The notes under the pieces: generated by a model
What the model was told of the DNA's origin: nothing
The model's input: only the letters and a program-made list of their open reading frames with translations
The model's database searches: none
Part shown: positions 62,809-64,000 of the stretch, in pieces
How the letters are laid out: every line of letters begins with the position of its first letter
Numbering within the stretch: position 1 is the stretch's first letter
Position numbers and translations under genes: made by a program
NCBI RefSeq assembly: GCF_006345805.1
Contig: NW_021835303.1
Coordinates: forward strand, 1-64,000
Direction: 5' to 3'
From: Octopus sinensis
Lineage: Eukaryota
Length of the DNA stretch: 64,000 nucleotides

Positions 62809-63542
62809 ATTTTGACCTATCGCCGGGGGTTTTGGAACGTAACACCCGCGATAGTCGAGGGATTACTGTATACTAGAATTACAATACTGTCTCTCCTAAC
62901 AAAAAAAAGCGTCAAAAACTTCTGTAATGCACCTCATCTTATCGTGCATATATACACGTATGTATATGTGGAGGCATGGATAGTCATCGTCGACTACCGA
63001 CGGATTGCAATATGATGCAATTACTTTCAAATATATAATTTTTATTTATGAGACGTTTTCTTTCTTACGATGCAATCATAAATAGCTTCAAACAAATTAC
63101 GCTGTTTAGCAATTAACAAGACATGTGCGTAATTATTTCATCTAATATTTATTTCGCTTACTCGAGTTATTCAAGTATATTTTTGCGTTTTCTCGAATTC
63201 ATTTCATATATGAATATATATTATATAATTATATATTAACATATATAGTCGTTCCATTGTATATCCCGCAGGTATGTGTACCTGAAACCCGAGGCCATCT
63301 TAGGTATTTGTACTTCGTGGGGAGGAGAAAATGCATTGGGGTTGGGATTGGGAGATAAATTTTTTTGTTGAAATTTTTAGAGGAAAAATTATTTTTTGCT
63401 GTGGTTGTTAAGGGTTAGGGTTAGGGTTAAAGAGAAACGTTGGCGGCACCAGTCTCCCCGATCTCAGACGGAACCTGCCGAAGGCTCTGCGTCCGATTCC
63501 TTTTTTCGGTAGTAAAGCAGAGAAAGAAAATGTTGTGAAGGT

Positions 63543-63782
63543 CTTTATATCTTTCACTTGTTTCAGTCATTAGACTGTGGCCATGCTGGGGCACCGCCTT
63601 GAAGAATCATAGTCAAATGAATCGTCCCCAGTACTTACTTTTTAAAGCCTGATACTAGGTCTATCGTTCAGTTTTTTGCCGAACCGCTATGTTACGGGGG
63701 ATGTAAAAACACACCAATGCCAGTTGTTAAGCGTTGCTGTTGCTAGGAGATAAACGGAGACATAAACACCCACTCATACACA

Positions 63783-63870
<88 letters not shown>
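63543..63870 (-). mobile_element. SINE family C 3' half
   Basis: cttgtttcagtcattagactgtggccatgctggggcaccgcc...(CA)(TA)n. Confidence 0.8.
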
Positions 63871-63872
<2 letters not shown>

Positions 63873-64000
63873 TTCATCAAAATTTAGATTCAAATGAATA
63901 TGGCACTTAAGTCAGATGCACCAGAATTTTGTACGATATTATCCATATAAATCGATGGGGTGATTATAATCAAAGTAAGCAACAAGAATAATATATATAT

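Noticed and set aside
63271-63400. Next spacer exon after cccgcAG
   Set aside because: The translation (VCVPETRGH...) lacks the expected VLxQ..NPG..Y motif; the next exon is probably beyond the window.
63408-63428. Interstitial telomere (TTAGGG)n
   Set aside because: Only about 2.5 units.

Overview
Eukaryotic, AT-rich DNA dense in microsatellites and SINEs. The SINE families look like those of Octopus (coleoid cephalopod); this is inference, not a database result. One protein-coding gene is recoverable on the + strand: six GT-AG exons (25238-25362, 27328-27397, 33078-33174, 44104-44234, 52895-53105, 61578-61750). They splice in frame into 269 codons encoding a TSP1 repeat, a 10-Cys ADAMTS cysteine-rich module and most of an ADAMTS spacer, i.e. 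an ADAMTS-like/papilin-cassette protein. Its start and 3' exons were not found in the window. Nearly all other ORFs in the track are microsatellite artefacts. The rest is a nest of mobile elements: a near-intact 5'-truncated R4/Dong LINE and relics in (TAA)n arrays, a ~555-bp non-coding TAA-targeting element (5 copies), three tRNA-derived SINE groups, Tc1/mariner and maT relics and MITEs, Helentron-like elements and an L2/CR1 relic. The most striking signal is a head-to-head palindromic element at 55535-56095. Each arm joins a Pol III tRNA-like head to a minimal type I hammerhead ribozyme of the Penelope type, suggesting a ribozyme-bearing, PLE-mobilised SINE. Seven more hammerhead-like motifs lie elsewhere in the window. 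Other notable signals are SINE tail swapping at one breakpoint, a CT-microsatellite block that behaves like an insertion, and several local inverted or templated duplications. All alignments and folds were done by eye, so the edges of degenerate repeats are approximate.
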